Source: Callorhinchus milii (taxonomy: Eukaryota). Taken from it: a stretch of DNA of 64,000 nt. How positions within the stretch are numbered: position 1 is the stretch's first letter; each line of letters begins with the position of its first letter. The stretch is from NCBI RefSeq assembly GCF_018977255.1, contig NW_024704742.1:82028001-82092000 (forward strand), in the 5' to 3' direction. Positions 13,936 to 26,224 of the stretch are shown in pieces. The notes beneath the pieces are model-generated. The model had not been told where the DNA came from. It was given only the letters and a program-made list of their open reading frames with translations, and searched no databases. A program made the translations under genes and the position numbers.

Positions 13936-15147
13936 AGCACCACTAGTCTATTTTTCCATACACTGTACTTTATTGAACTATTTGAAGACAGTTTTGGAGT
14001 GGGACTAACAGCAATATTGATTTTCAAGCCAATAATTTTGAATAATTTACATCTGATATTCTTGAATGTAGAATATACAAGGCAGATGAACAAAACTATT
14101 ACATTTTTATTTATATGTTTAAACATGCATCAATGGGTTTCTGATCTCCATTTGCTTATTTCCTCTCTGCTGAAGCTAGTAATATGCTGAGATGGGTTTC
14201 ATTGGAGTATGTTGCGCATGCTTTAGTCATCCTGGAAAGTGAAACAATTGTGACTATCCAACTTACAAAGTTAGTTGTTTACTTGCTTATCTTGGTGTAA
14301 CTTTTGCAACTGAATCTTACCTTAGGCTCTTATAAAAGACCACAATTCCAGGTAATCTATCTGCCAGAGTGGAATTGCTTCAACTAGTGACTGGTTTATG
14401 TTGCATTAGGATTACCCCAAGTGTCAGAAAGAATTGAACTGAAGATATTTGTTGCAATAGATTAAGTGGAGGATCATAAACTCAGTGTCTCATCAGACAT
14501 TACCCTATCAGGTAGCAGGGTTTATAAAAGAGATTATAGCCAACTCCTTGTTAAATCAGATTCCAGTAGGTTTGGATATTGAGGATACACAGACTTGATG
14601 TGCCGATTTCAGCAATGATAAGACTGTGCAAGTTATCTGAAAATGAACCTGTGAAGAGAATAGCCACAATTAATGATCTGATTTCCATTAAGATATGTAG
14701 GGCTTATTGATGCTTGGCTAATACACTCTCTTTGCCTTTGTTCTCTGACGCGATGTATCTCTTCATTTCTTTAGACTTTCAATGACATTTTGAAGTTTAC
14801 TTTTTGACTGTACAACAATGGGTGAGAAATTTCTCTTGTTGATAACGTGCAATGATTTTGAGTACATCCACTTATAATGCGATCATCCTATGATAATGGT
14901 AAAATTCCATTCTATGTGCAAATCCTTAATGGTGCTCTACTTAGCAGCAAAAGGAATTTCACCTCCACTGTGTTTTTCTTGCAGGCAAACCTAAAGTTTG
15001 TTTTATCCACATTATTTTGATGATGTTAATATATAATTTCAGTACTTCTTGATGTGATTCCATTGTTAGAATTCCTGTCAACACTTGCAAACCATGCTCT
15101 GAGAGTTTGTCTCTTTGCAGCAGAATTTTCATGGGTATCAGTGACAC

Positions 15148-15392
15148 ATAATAATAATCCTTGCATTTGATATAGCATCTTATCACGTCTTCGAAACATC
15201 TCAAAGCACTTCGCAGAATATACTGTAAAGTGAATTGACTGTATATTTTGTGGATGAAATGGGTCAGCCAATTTTGCACAGCAGTGTCCCATTAACAGTC
15301 ATTGATTGAGTGACCAAATTATTATTATTTTTTTATTTGAAGGAATTATTACCCCGGAAAAGTAATCTGCCAACCGACTAACAATCAGGTTC
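15148..15392 (-). mobile_element. SINE (long subtype), head missing
   Basis: Tail and body present, including the long-subtype segment; directly abuts a younger SINE. Confidence 0.85.
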
Positions 15393-15396
15393 CTAT

Positions 15397-15716
15397 TAAT
15401 AATAATAATAATCCTTGCATTTGATATAGCGCTTTTCACGTCGGGAGGACGTCCTAAAGCACTTCACAAAACATACTGTAAAGTGAATTGACTGTATATA
15501 TTTGTGGGCGAACGCGGCAGCCAATTGCGCACAGCAATATCCCACAAACAGTCATAGATTGAAATGACCAATTTATTATTGTTTTTGGTTTTTTGGAGGG
15601 ATTATTATTAGGTGTGTGGAGTAAGGAAACTTGCCCAAGGTTTCGCCCTGCCTGGAATTGAACTCAGGTCTCTCACGTGCAAAACGCGTGCTCTAACCAC
15701 TGAGCTACAGGACTCC
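15397..15716 (-). mobile_element. Young full-length tRNA-derived SINE (short subtype)
   Basis: Near-identical to 9462-9795. Confidence 0.95.
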
Positions 15717-16139
15717 AAGCATATTTCCGCTTACCAGAAGAAGTCCCTATTTGCACAACTCTCGTTCCTTTTTAAGGAATCCTATTAAGAAATACTGCCA
15801 ATTAGAGCTGATAGTTCTTGACGCCGTTTCCACTCGATCCCTGAGGCTTGCCTTTCGAGAAGACTGGATTTAAATTTCAAATGCAACCAGAGAAAATGGT
15901 GAATGACTAAAATTCAGGATGTTTCTCAGGAGCTCAGCACAGCACGATGTAGCCATCTGGCACCAGAGCATCGTGTGAATCCTGTCATCAATCTGCTTCT
16001 GATAATGAGCAGTAGTTTTCCATCCGCATTTCGCCCACAACATACACAGTCTACAATATATTCTGTGAAGCACTTTGAGACGTCTCAACAATGTGATAAG
16101 GGGTTAAATCAAATGCAAAGATTATTATAAATATTAGAT

Positions 16140-16408
16140 TATATCCAGGTAACACCCTCATCCTTATTGAGGGGGTTACCGCCTCTGCTCGACTGGCACT
16201 GACCTTCTGCTTGTCCTTTGCACCCTCTGCTCTACCATTGGAGGTCTCGCTTTCAGCCCTATGCCCCAAAACTGTGGAACATTCTCCCTCCAATCTCTCC
16301 GCCTTGCCCCCTCACTCCCCTTTGTCAAGTCGTGCCTGAAAACCTTGCTTTTGGACTGTGCTACCCTGCGTGTAGGGTGCTATATGAGTGCAAGTTGTTG
16401 TTGTTGTT
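16140..16408 (+). mobile_element. L2 LINE 3' end
   Basis: YAPKLWNILP motif; tail tgcaagttgttgttgttg. Confidence 0.75.
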
Positions 16409-16695
16409 ACTTCCCCTGATGAACAATATATGGCGGTGGTAATCACCAGCTTACCTGGGTAGAATTCTTTGCTCACCCTCTTTATTACAGTGTAGATATT
16501 TCATTGCAGCATATAGGAAAGAGTAGAATCTAGGCAATACTTTTACATTTATATTACCCTTGGAAATGCAGGACATGATTGATTTTTTTTATATTGTAGA
16601 TGAATGGCAGAAATTTCCTTACCATAAAGCATATTATTTTCTTATTGAAGCATTCATTTTACGGAGCAAACCTACTGCAGGAGATATTTGGTCAA

Positions 16696-16981
16696 GGCAG
16701 GGCCTATTGTGCACTAATAATAACAACCTCATGTTGTTTATTAGCCTTCAGATGACGTAAAAGATCAATTGTTGCACTTAAATAGCATTTTAGTGGGTTT
16801 TTTTGGATTCTGTCCTTGCATGTTGGAAAATATAAAATGAAAGGCAGATTGCTTCGGAAAAGGATAGATTACAAACAAATACCTTAAAATGTTATTTAAG
16901 CGCAACAGTTGATCTTTTACATCATCTGAAGGCTTAAAAACAAAATGAGATTGTGATTATTGGTGTACAATTGGCCCTGCC
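16696..16981. mobile_element. Palindromic MITE-like element (~120-bp inverted arms)
   Basis: Left arm ggcagggcctattgtgcactaataataacaacctc...gccttcagatgacgtaaaagatcaattgttgcacttaaatagcattttag is the reverse complement, with scattered mismatches, of the right arm ending ...gtacaattggccctgcc; spacer about 40 bp. Confidence 0.8.
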
Positions 16982-17821
16982 ATGGAGTGTTTTTTTAAAA
17001 GATCAATTTAGGTTACTTTAATTCCTGGGCGGAACTTATTTTGCTAGCCATGACTGAGTTCAGCCACATTGTAAATTAAAGCTCTGATGGCCATAAAAAT
17101 TACACTGCAACTGGATTAAAGAAAGTGGGAATTTTTTTCACATTTCCACTTGAATACCCGAGACAACTTGACTTGAATACTACAGAGAATGTGTGGCGGA
17201 AACTCATGTATGATTGGAATTTTTTATCTAATGAAAATCTATTACTTGTGACTCAGATTAATGACTTTCATTTGTGAAAATGTTCATGCTAATTTAATGA
17301 AATTGAATATTTTTATTGATCCTGATCAAAATGTAACCCAAGTTATTGTGAGGCTTGACATTGGGAATAACAAGCTAATGTGGAAGGTTATTTGGTATTG
17401 TTTGAATGCTTTCTCCTGGGCATATGAACTGAACTTTTTGTTTTCAAATGTATTTGCGGTTAATTATATTGGATAGTGGTGTCCAAGGAGGCTGCATATC
17501 GTCAGTGAACTTATACCAAAAAAGTAGGATGGAATTAATTCACTGAATCCGATGCAGATACTGGGTGAATTTGCAAAATATGTTAACGCTCCAAATCGTT
17601 TATAAGTCACAAATGTGTGAGAAATTAGCTTTGTATTTTTCTTACTGACTGCGTTCTGTTGGAGCCTCAGGTGATTGGGCTGAGAGCTATGTAATTATCT
17701 CCCTTCTTTTAAAATCCTTTGTAAAATTGCTGGGATCTATATAGCTCCAAATTGTTCCTGAAGTTTCAGTGCGACAGAACGGACTTGCAGTTGTGACAAC
17801 AAATACTTGGGTCAAACATAT

Positions 17822-18130
17822 ATAATAATAATCCTTATATTTGATATAGCACTTTTCACGTCTTCTAGACGTCTCAAAGTGCTTCACAGAATATACTGTA
17901 AAGTGAATTGATTGTATATTTGTGGGAGAAACACGGCAGCCAATTGCACACAGCAGTTTCCCATAAATCATCATGTTTGAACTGACCAATTTATTATTGT
18001 TTTTTTCTTGAGGGATTATTGTCAGGCGTGTGGAGTAAGGAAACTTGCCCAAGGTTTCACCCTGCTGGGAATCGAACCCAGGTCTCTCGCTTGCGAAGGG
18101 AGTGCTCTAATCACTGAACTACAAGACTCC
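17822..18130 (-). mobile_element. Full-length tRNA-derived SINE (short subtype)
   Basis: Same head, body and tail as the other copies. Confidence 0.92.
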
Positions 18131-18156
18131 CCTGTCAGGACTGACATGTGAACAGT

Positions 18157-18835
18157 ACAACAACAAATTACACTTGTATAGAGTCCTTCACGTCGGAAAG
18201 ATGTTCCAGGGCGCTGGACAACCAAGGGTTTTGGCCTCGAGCTGAGAGTTGGGGGTCAGAAGGGGAGGAGGGCAGGGGAAGTGGGGGTGGGAGGGTGACT
18301 GAAGGCACGGTCAAAGAGGAAGGTCTTCAGACAGGACTTGAAGGAAGCAAGAGAGGGGTTGAGGCAATGGGACTGCGGAATAGAGTTCCTGAGTGTGGGG
18401 ACAGAGATGTTGAATGTCTAACCACCAATGGTGGGGCAGGAAGTGCGAGGGACCTGAAGCAGGCCAGTGTCTGCCGAGGCGGAGGGAGTGGACAGGCTGA
18501 TATGGGATTATGTGGTAGGAGAGGTAGGGGGGCAGCAAGACTGTGGAGGGCCTTGAAGGTAAAAAGGAAGGTTTTGTACTCGATTCTCTGAGGAATGGGG
18601 AGTCAGTGATGCTGGGCAAAAACGGCAGTGATAGGTCCCCGAAGCCTGGAGAGGACACGAGCTGCAAAGTTCTGAATAATCTGCAGCTTTGGGAGGGAAG
18701 AGTTGGGAAGTCCAGTGAGCATTGAAGTAGTCAAGACGGGACATAATGAAAGCATGGATTAGTGTCTCGGCAGACTGCAGTGAGAGCAGTGGAGGAGGCG
18801 GGCAATGTTGCGGAGGTGTTGAAAGGTAGAACGAG
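18157..18835 (-). mobile_element. L2 LINE 3' fragment
   Basis: AETLIHAFIMSRLDYFNA translation; (TTG)-type tail. Confidence 0.9.
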
Positions 18836-20754
18836 TGACAATCTATCATAATTTATAGTCACTTGGGCAAACACAGGAGCGAGGCAAGAGACTGTGGAAC
18901 TATGTCCCAATGGAGAGAAGAGGGAGTACAACATCTTCAAGATAGGAGGGAAAAAATTGGAAGAGAAACATGAACAAAGAAAATGAATGCTATTTGAGGC
19001 AGATTAGCTAATGCCTTGGAGGATTCACTAGTGGTCCGAAATCAAGTGTTTTCCTTTTTTTTGTAGGTTGTGTAATTTAGCATGGCAATTTCAACCCCCT
19101 TGCACTTGTTAGCATGAACATTGGATTTCAGTGACCTTCAAAAAGTTGAAGCTGAATTACCAATTTTTACAAATTAGCATGGGTGCTCACATCCACCCAT
19201 GCTGGCATGTCACATCTTTCCATCTGAAACCTACTCACAGAGGACAAAGCTGTAGAAAGGGCCATCTTTCCCTCCAGCTCATTATTCCATCCCCTAAAAG
19301 AGCCTGGCAAATGCATCCCTTAGGAATCCATGCCTCAAATGATACAAACTGAAATGTTTTAGTGCTGTGTTACCAAAATCAAACATGCATTGTAGGTGTT
19401 CACCTGCTGGGTAAGAGACAAGATGGCAATTTGCTACAACGATGTCATGTTGCAGTGAGCAGCAATTCACAAATGTACATTTGAAGGTTTTGTGGAATGG
19501 TTACCCGGTTGAGGTCTGGTACTGCTGATAACATCACTGTGTGGTTTCATCAGGGTGGCAGACATACATACCATAAAAAATTACTTCCATGTACGGTAGC
19601 AGACTGGAGCTTTGGACAACTGTCTTACAGTTTAACAGAAATGTCCTCACTCCTTTTTTTAGCCACTCCTTCAGTCAAATGCAGCTGTGTTTCAAGACAA
19701 TCATGCCAATGCGGTATATTTAATACCATAAACAAACATTAGTTAGTAGCACAGACTTTCACTTTGTACTGCCCAACATGAAATTATAGCCCCATGGATC
19801 TCTTAAATATACCTAATGCTGATTCACTCTCTATTTATATAAATCTGCCCAAAAGATTGTGTGCTCCAATCTTAAATATCGTGCTGTACTCCTTATCAGA
19901 TTTCCCATTTGTACTGCACTGCTGAGTGTTTCTAACAGCATATATCTACATTAGAATGGTTGCACTACTAAATTTAGTTGCTGCCAAGTTTAGTGTACAT
20001 TTAATTAGTTTTTTTTGCTGAGTTTCCAGGTTTATTACATTGAGCAGCATGATACTTTGTGGTGGATGGCTCGGGGTGGACATTTTACGCTGGTTAATAT
20101 CTTAATAAGACTTTATTGAATAATGTCGAAGACCTGCATGTGTCTCTTGTGCTGGATTACAGATCCTATCGTATTTATATTCAGGTTGAGTAAACAGTTT
20201 GTAACAATGACATTGTTTCGATGGGAACTTGCCATCTAAAGATGCTAATTTGATGATTTTGTGTTTGAGATGAAGGTGATTGCATGATGTGTGTAATTCA
20301 GTCCCATCAATATATGGCTGATGTGGCAACATCCACTGTTTAATGAATTACCATTACAAATCTATTATTATTAAATTAATGTACAGTATATTATACATGT
20401 ATTACTCCTGAGTTACTGTTCCCTTAATTATTGTTTATTATTAATCAGATGCTTGATGTCATTGTAAATAAAAGTACTTTTACCAATTTGCATGTGACAG
20501 TAGCCATAAGGATCCTTTATATACAAGTTGACTGCAACTCTGCTCTTCATTTGAGCTTCGGGTCATTGGCAGGCACAGGCGATTGTTATCAAACTGCCTT
20601 TGGGAGCCATTCAAAACAATAAATATTATTACAGGAAGAATGATATGAAGGGAGCTCCTTTGGAAATATATAGTTTCTGTTTTAGAGAAATTCACTTATG
20701 TGAGAGTCGGGTATCTCAGATAGCTGTGTGCTGATGGTGTCATCAGCTTGAACT

Positions 20755-21015
20755 CCACTGGGGGTCACTCAGCCTTTCGTGCTTCAGAGGTTGATAACAT
20801 CAGCTGTGAGCAGGGAGCGGTTATCTTACCATACATTAGCAGTATTGGTATTCAGTTATTTGGCAGTATAAATGGGATACTGCATCTATCCCTTTATTTT
20901 TTTTCGTTTTTCCACAAAATACACAGTCAATCTAATTTACAATATATTCTGTAAAGCACTTTGAGATGTCTCAACAATGTGACTAAGGCGCTATATCAAA
21001 TGCAAGGATTACATT
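20755..21015 (+). mobile_element. Ancient SINE fragment with a gggtcactcagcctttc...gaggttgataa core and the shared tail
   Basis: Core resembles the conserved GGTCGACTCAGCCTTTCATCCTTCCGAGGTCGATAA domain of old metazoan SINEs (recalled); followed by the common SINE tail. Confidence 0.5.
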
Positions 21016-21460
21016 TATTATTCTTTTGCTCTTTCTCTGATTCTCTTTCTTTCTCTCTCTCTCCTGATTTGTGATACTCCGCATGCTGTGGGGACATTAA
21101 TTATCCAATTAAGAACAATCATAGCCGTGTGTTGGAAGAACATGGCTTTCCCCTTCATATCCTGTATTATTATAACACCATGCAGTCATGGCTCTGCTGT
21201 GATTGTCACTGGTTACATGGTAACTAAAGCGAGGAGTGTCTGGAAAGTGAGGAGCATTTCTTCAATCAAAATGCTGCCTTGGGTCTTTTAGAAACATTTG
21301 CCTAACCAGTTTAGAATAAAAGGGTGTAGCAGGAATGCCTTGTGGCGTCTCTTAAAGTTGTTCTGCAGCACACTGAATACATACAGACATTTTCCAGCAA
21401 GACTCCTTAGCAATAAGGACCACAAAACTCTATTTGTGTTTTTCTTCCCTCAACACATAG

Positions 21461-21767
21461 ATAATAATGATTGTTGCATTTGATATAGTGCTTTTCACAT
21501 CTTCTAGATGTCTCAAAGTGCTTCACAGAATATACTGTAAAGTGAATTGACTGTATATTTGTGGGCGAAATGCAGCAGCCAATTGTGCACAGCAGTTTCC
21601 CACAAACAGTCGTGGATTGAAATGACCAATTTATTATTGGTTTTTTTTGAGAGTATTATCAGGCGTGTGGAGCAAGAAAACTTGCCCAAGGCTTCACCCT
21701 GCCGGGAATCGAACCCAGATCTCTCACTTGCGAGGCGAGTGCTCTAATCACTGAGCTGCAGGACTCC
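21461..21767 (-). mobile_element. Full-length tRNA-derived SINE (short subtype)
   Basis: Same family; the head ends ...ctgagctgcaggactcc on the plus strand. Confidence 0.92.
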
Positions 21768-22587
21768 ACGATCACAGACAAGTCATAATGCCCCATCTGT
21801 CATCCTACCTGCGATCACCTAACTCACATAAATCATAGTAAATTGTCACCTTGTTTCTTTCAAAAGCACACATCCCAGCTTCACAAACATTTTGGCTTGG
21901 GACATCTTAGCAGTATTAGCACAGGCCAACTCATTATTAAGAGTGGTGAAGAGCTTACTACATTGGCTTTGTATCAAGGAGGAAGCTGTAGGATTGCAGG
22001 ATTTATCCTGACTAGTTTGTGATCATTAAAAGATAATTGAGTTCAAGCCTTCTTTGACTTTAAGAGACTGAAGTCATTCTTCAAGAAAAAGCGCTGAACT
22101 ACACTTTACATATGAAGTATATCATCCTTCCTTTTTGAAGTTATAGATAATCAGCTTCCTCCTAGGATAATCATATATAAGGAGACTCATTAAAGCTTAT
22201 GATTTCTGTTCATTTATGAAGTGAGGTGCAGGATATGAAGGCAGCTGTCATTAATTTTGTGTTCTTTGCTGGCAAGACAAAAATTCAAAGGTTACGCCTC
22301 CAGAGAAAGCTTAAAAGTGTTAAAAAGAACTTACATGAAAAATAGTCTTATTGCGAAGTGAAAAATAGAGACCTGTTTGTTGTGTCCCTAGAGTGACTGC
22401 CTCCACTCTTATAATGTGATAGTTTCAGACTGAAACAAAGTTTAAAGATAGTTCTTCATAGCAGAAAAGGAGTATTTATGCATGGGGTGGAATATACATT
22501 GTTATCAGAATTACAGGATAGGATTTTCAGTAAACTCTAATCTGCGAAATGGAACCTTTTCCTTTCATTAAAAATCAGTGCGAGTCC

Positions 22588-23003
22588 ATCTGGCTCAGCA
22601 GTAGTACTCTCACCTCGGGTGAGTTAGAAGGTTGCAAATTCAAGCCCCATGTTGGGACATGAACTCACATAGTCTAAGCTGACGCTTTCAGGCAATGCTG
22701 GGGGTTTGGGGGAGGGGTTGTCAGAGGTGCCGTTCTTTGGATGAGATGTGAAACTGAGGTCCTGTCTGCCTGTTCAGGTGAATGTTAAGATTCCAAGGCA
22801 CTATTCGAAAAGAGAAGAAGTTTCTCACAGTGAGCTGGCCAACAGTCACCCAAATAAAATTGGTTGTTCACTTCATGGCTGTTTGTGGGACATTGGCTGT
22901 CACGTTCACCACAAATACACACCCACTGCATTTCACAATAAACTCCGTGAAGTACTTGGGATGCACTAAAAGGTGCTAGACCAAATGCAAGGACTATTAT
23001 TAT
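22588..23003 (+). mobile_element. Older full-length DeuSINE-type SINE
   Basis: tRNA-like head tggctcagcagtagtactctcacctc...; Deu core ctgtctgcctgttcaggtgaatgttaagattccaaggcactattcgaaaagag; shared tail. Confidence 0.85.
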
Positions 23004-23552
23004 TAGAATTAGTACTATTTTCTTGTAAGAAGGTCCTGGGTTCTTCATCACTGGATACATGTCTGACCTCATGTGGCCACCTTCAGCAGTTAACGTTAAT
23101 CTTATTTTTCTTTTATGCAGTGCAGAAAGGGGAGTATCATGTGATTCAACTACACAAGTCTGTTAAAGGCAGAGGTGACATTGTGATGCTTGGTTTCCTT
23201 GTTGCATTTATAGTTTGCATATGGTGTATGACTTATAACCTCATTCAAAGAATGACTACAGTATTTAAAATTTACCTTTTCAATGTTGGCACTGGAGAAA
23301 ATTAATATGCAGTGATTGTTCTGAGGAGAATGCAATGTTAGTCGGGTGACTTGATGGCCATTGTTCCATTTGCATTTGGATATTGTGTACGTTCAAGCAG
23401 AAAAAACTGAACTTTTGCTCAAATGAATTATTTGCCTATAAGCCTACCATTTGTGATGTTGATAACCCTGTAAAACAGCTTTGGGGGGATGGGGGGAAAT
23501 GCAGTAAAACGCTGATGTGTTAAATTATGTTGCAAGCATTAATCAGTTTTAC

Positions 23553-23706
23553 CTTCATGGGAGGTGGTTGCTGGCGGAATGTGACGGTTTGTCGAGCGTC
23601 CTGCTTCCTGCCCACGTGAAGGTGATGGGCAGCTGCTGCAAGAGACTCGGGGATGGGTGGTTCCCGAGTTTTTATCTGCCACTCTGCTTTTTGCTTCTCA
23701 AAGTAA
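23553..23706 (-). pseudogene. ZC4H2: ZC4H2-like exon 4 (154 nt, frame open)
   Basis: Acceptor ttttggtctttag|, donor AAG|gtaaaa; encodes [10 protein letters not shown]...[12 protein letters not shown]...[10 protein letters not shown], visible within ORF 23520..23846. Confidence 0.95.
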
Positions 23707-24017
23707 CTAAAGACCAAAACCAATGAAAATGTTATTTCCATCTTATAAGCCTCCGTTAGCATCCTAAAGGAGCATGGTAGAGTATTTTTATTACCCAATA
23801 TAAATTCCCTATTAGGGACTGATTCATGACTTTGGTTTCTGGCCATTTATGAAATATGTGAGAGAAAATTAGAATTACACTTACTTTTTTAGATTTGATT
23901 TTGAACTAAAGCACATTTAAGGTAAATTAAATTGACTTAACAATACTTTTGGCACCATATGTGTAACCTTACACAGATAATATTACACCCCATCATACTA
24001 CTCAATCAAATACTTAC

Positions 24018-24190
24018 TCAAGGGAAATTTTTTCTTCTTCCTCACACAAGTCAGGTAACCTTTGCAATCCCAGAGTCATCTATAGGGCCTCCACATGCTC
24101 TTTAAGTGGCTCGTATTCATCATGTAGGCATTTTGTAGATTGAAGCAATTTATTTAAATCATTTTCTGTCTAATTTATTCTATTTTCCAT
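24018..24190 (-). pseudogene. ZC4H2: ZC4H2-like exon 3 (173 nt), in-frame TAG at 24172-24170 and 24082-24080
   Basis: Acceptor ttttttgtag|ATG, donor GA|gtaagt; encodes ENDLNKLL...[17 protein letters not shown]. Confidence 0.93.
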
Positions 24191-24677
24191 CTACAAAAAA
24201 GGGGATAATCCTACTATCATTATTCCCATTAGCCCTTCATTAGACCATAGATCCATAGAAATTTACAGCACAGAAGACAGCCCTTCAGCCTACTGTTTCT
24301 GTTCCCATTTACTTGCCCCAGATTTTACCATTTTATATTCATTGAACTAAGAAAAGAAACATTAAAAAGTTGCTAGCAAGTTTGCAAGTCTCTTCTCGAG
24401 TCAAGGACAGAAGATTGTCAAGGACACTCTTCACCTATCTGGGGGGAACCTAGTGCTAAGCAGCCACCCATGAAAGGATCAACGGCTCGAGCCTCATTGT
24501 TTTATTTTTTTCTAAAAAAAATCAGAAATCAATTTAAAGCCTCAAATTGAGGCAAACAAATCATTGGTTATATAACCTTAATAAGATTAAACCATGAATA
24601 TACGTATTATTTAATTCATTATTCTTACTACATATCAGCAAATAAATAAGTGATAAGATTTTAGTGTTTGAACATAC

Positions 24678-24849
24678 CACATTGGTATCAACATGGATGA
24701 GTCAAAGTTCTGCCACAAGTGCCTTCTTTTCTTGCAGTAAAAGATCCATTTCATGTTTATAATTTTTTAGGTGCCTTTCTTCTGATACTAATACATCAAA
24801 TTCAGATTTCAAGCAGGTCTTTATATTTTCCATTTGCACTGTCTTAGAT
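24678..24849 (-). pseudogene. ZC4H2: ZC4H2-like exon 2 (172 nt), in-frame TGA at 24704-24702
   Basis: Acceptor aaattgcag|, donor GTG|gtatgt; encodes [17 protein letters not shown]; the stop sits at the Arg of EELRLIH (consistent with CGA>TGA). Confidence 0.93.
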
Positions 24850-25209
24850 CTGCAATTTCATAGAAGCACAAATATAATATATGAATTCTTAAAAAAAGCT
24901 TTCAGACATTTCTTTTTTTCCTGATGGCTGAATGTATCTGCTGCTCAATAAATTTTCTTCACTGATTGAGTGAGAAAATCAGGATTCCAGTATCATTCAA
25001 TAGGGTTTAAATCACCAAATAGGGGGAAAATATACAAAATACAGGCAATTGTGTGATTCAGCAACCCATTTGTTACTTTAAAGACAATGGATCTTTGTCA
25101 TTTCATTCCCATCACTTATTATTACTATTCAATCCACTCAACCAACAGTACCATAAATAAAGCTACTTATAAAATTAAGCAACCAATGTACAGCACATTC
25201 CATGCAGAG

Positions 25210-25545
25210 CGAAAGCCAGGTGCAGCGTAGATTTACTAGGTTAGTACCAAGGATGAAGGGGATGAGTTACGAGGATAGGCTGACCAATTTGGGCCTATAT
25301 TTTCTAGAATAGAGAAGAATTAGAGTGCATCTTATAGAAACCTATAAAATCATCAAAGGACATGATAGAGTAGATAGTGGGAGATTGTTTTCCCTGGTTG
25401 GAGAAACTAAAACCAGGGGTCACAACCTTAAAATCAGAGACAGCCCTTTCGCACTGAGTTGAGAAGAATGTCTTCACTCAAAGGGTGGTGAATGTATGGA
25501 ACTCACTACCCCAAAGGCTGTTGACGCTCAGTCCTTGAACATATT
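25210..25545 (+). mobile_element. CR1 LINE 3' fragment
   Basis: RVQRRFTRLVPRMKGMSYEDRL...YKIIKGHDRVDSGRLFSL translation. Confidence 0.88.
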
Positions 25546-25572
25546 CTTATGTTTTTATTGCAAAAGGGATTA

Positions 25573-25738
25573 ATTTTCAATCCACGACTGTTTGTGGGAC
25601 ACTGCTTTGCGCAATTGGCTGCTGTGTTTCGCCCACAAATCTATGGTCAATTTACTTTACAGTCTATTTTGTGAAGTGCTTTGAGACATCGAGAAGACGT
25701 GAAAAGCATTATATCAAATGCAAGGATTATTATTATTA
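25573..25738 (+). mobile_element. 5'-truncated SINE
   Basis: tccacgactgtttgtgggac...tgcaaggattattattatt. Confidence 0.88.
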
Positions 25739-25989
25739 AGAAAGAACATGGATTATGTGAAGACTTCTTCACATTTTGTGTTGTATTGCACATTAGGTCA
25801 CATAACAACATGGTGAAATAGGAAGGAGGTATAATGAGAACAGATGTCTTATGATTTTGACCCTGGTGTTTACTGGAAGCAAGTACTTGAAGAAATTTTC
25901 CGAGTGCAAAGAGTCAACTAGAGCAACCCTGCATCATGACCGAGATCAACCATATAATGAAAGCTACTTTCATGCATTTTGTGGAAATC

Positions 25990-26205
25990 TGGATCTCTCT
26001 CCCCCAAAAGGCTGTGGATGCTGGATTCATTCAAATTTTCAAGACTGAAGTGGATAGATTTTTGGTAGGTAAGTGAATCAAGGGATATGGGGCAAAGGCA
26101 GGTAATTGGAGTTGAGGTACAGATCGGCAATGGTCGAATAGAATGGTGGAACAGGCTCGATGGGCTGAATGGCTCTACTTCTGTTCTTATCTTCCTATGT
26201 TCCTA
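25990..26205 (+). mobile_element. CR1 3' end and 3' UTR
   Basis: ttcaagactgaagtggatagatttttg...gatgggctgaatggctctacttctgttcttatcttcctatgttccta. Confidence 0.8.
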
Positions 26206-26224
26206 CTTTGATGGGTGAGAGTTC

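Larger units (their letters stand above)
23553..24849 (-). pseudogene. ZC4H2: Unprocessed ZC4H2-like pseudogene (exons 2-4 recognisable; exons 1 and 5 not found)
   Basis: Three collinear minus-strand exons with AG/GT boundaries and compatible phases translate to [56 protein letters not shown] / [56 protein letters not shown] / [51 protein letters not shown]. This matches the coiled-coil and pre-zinc-finger region of vertebrate ZC4H2. Three premature stops. Confidence 0.95.
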
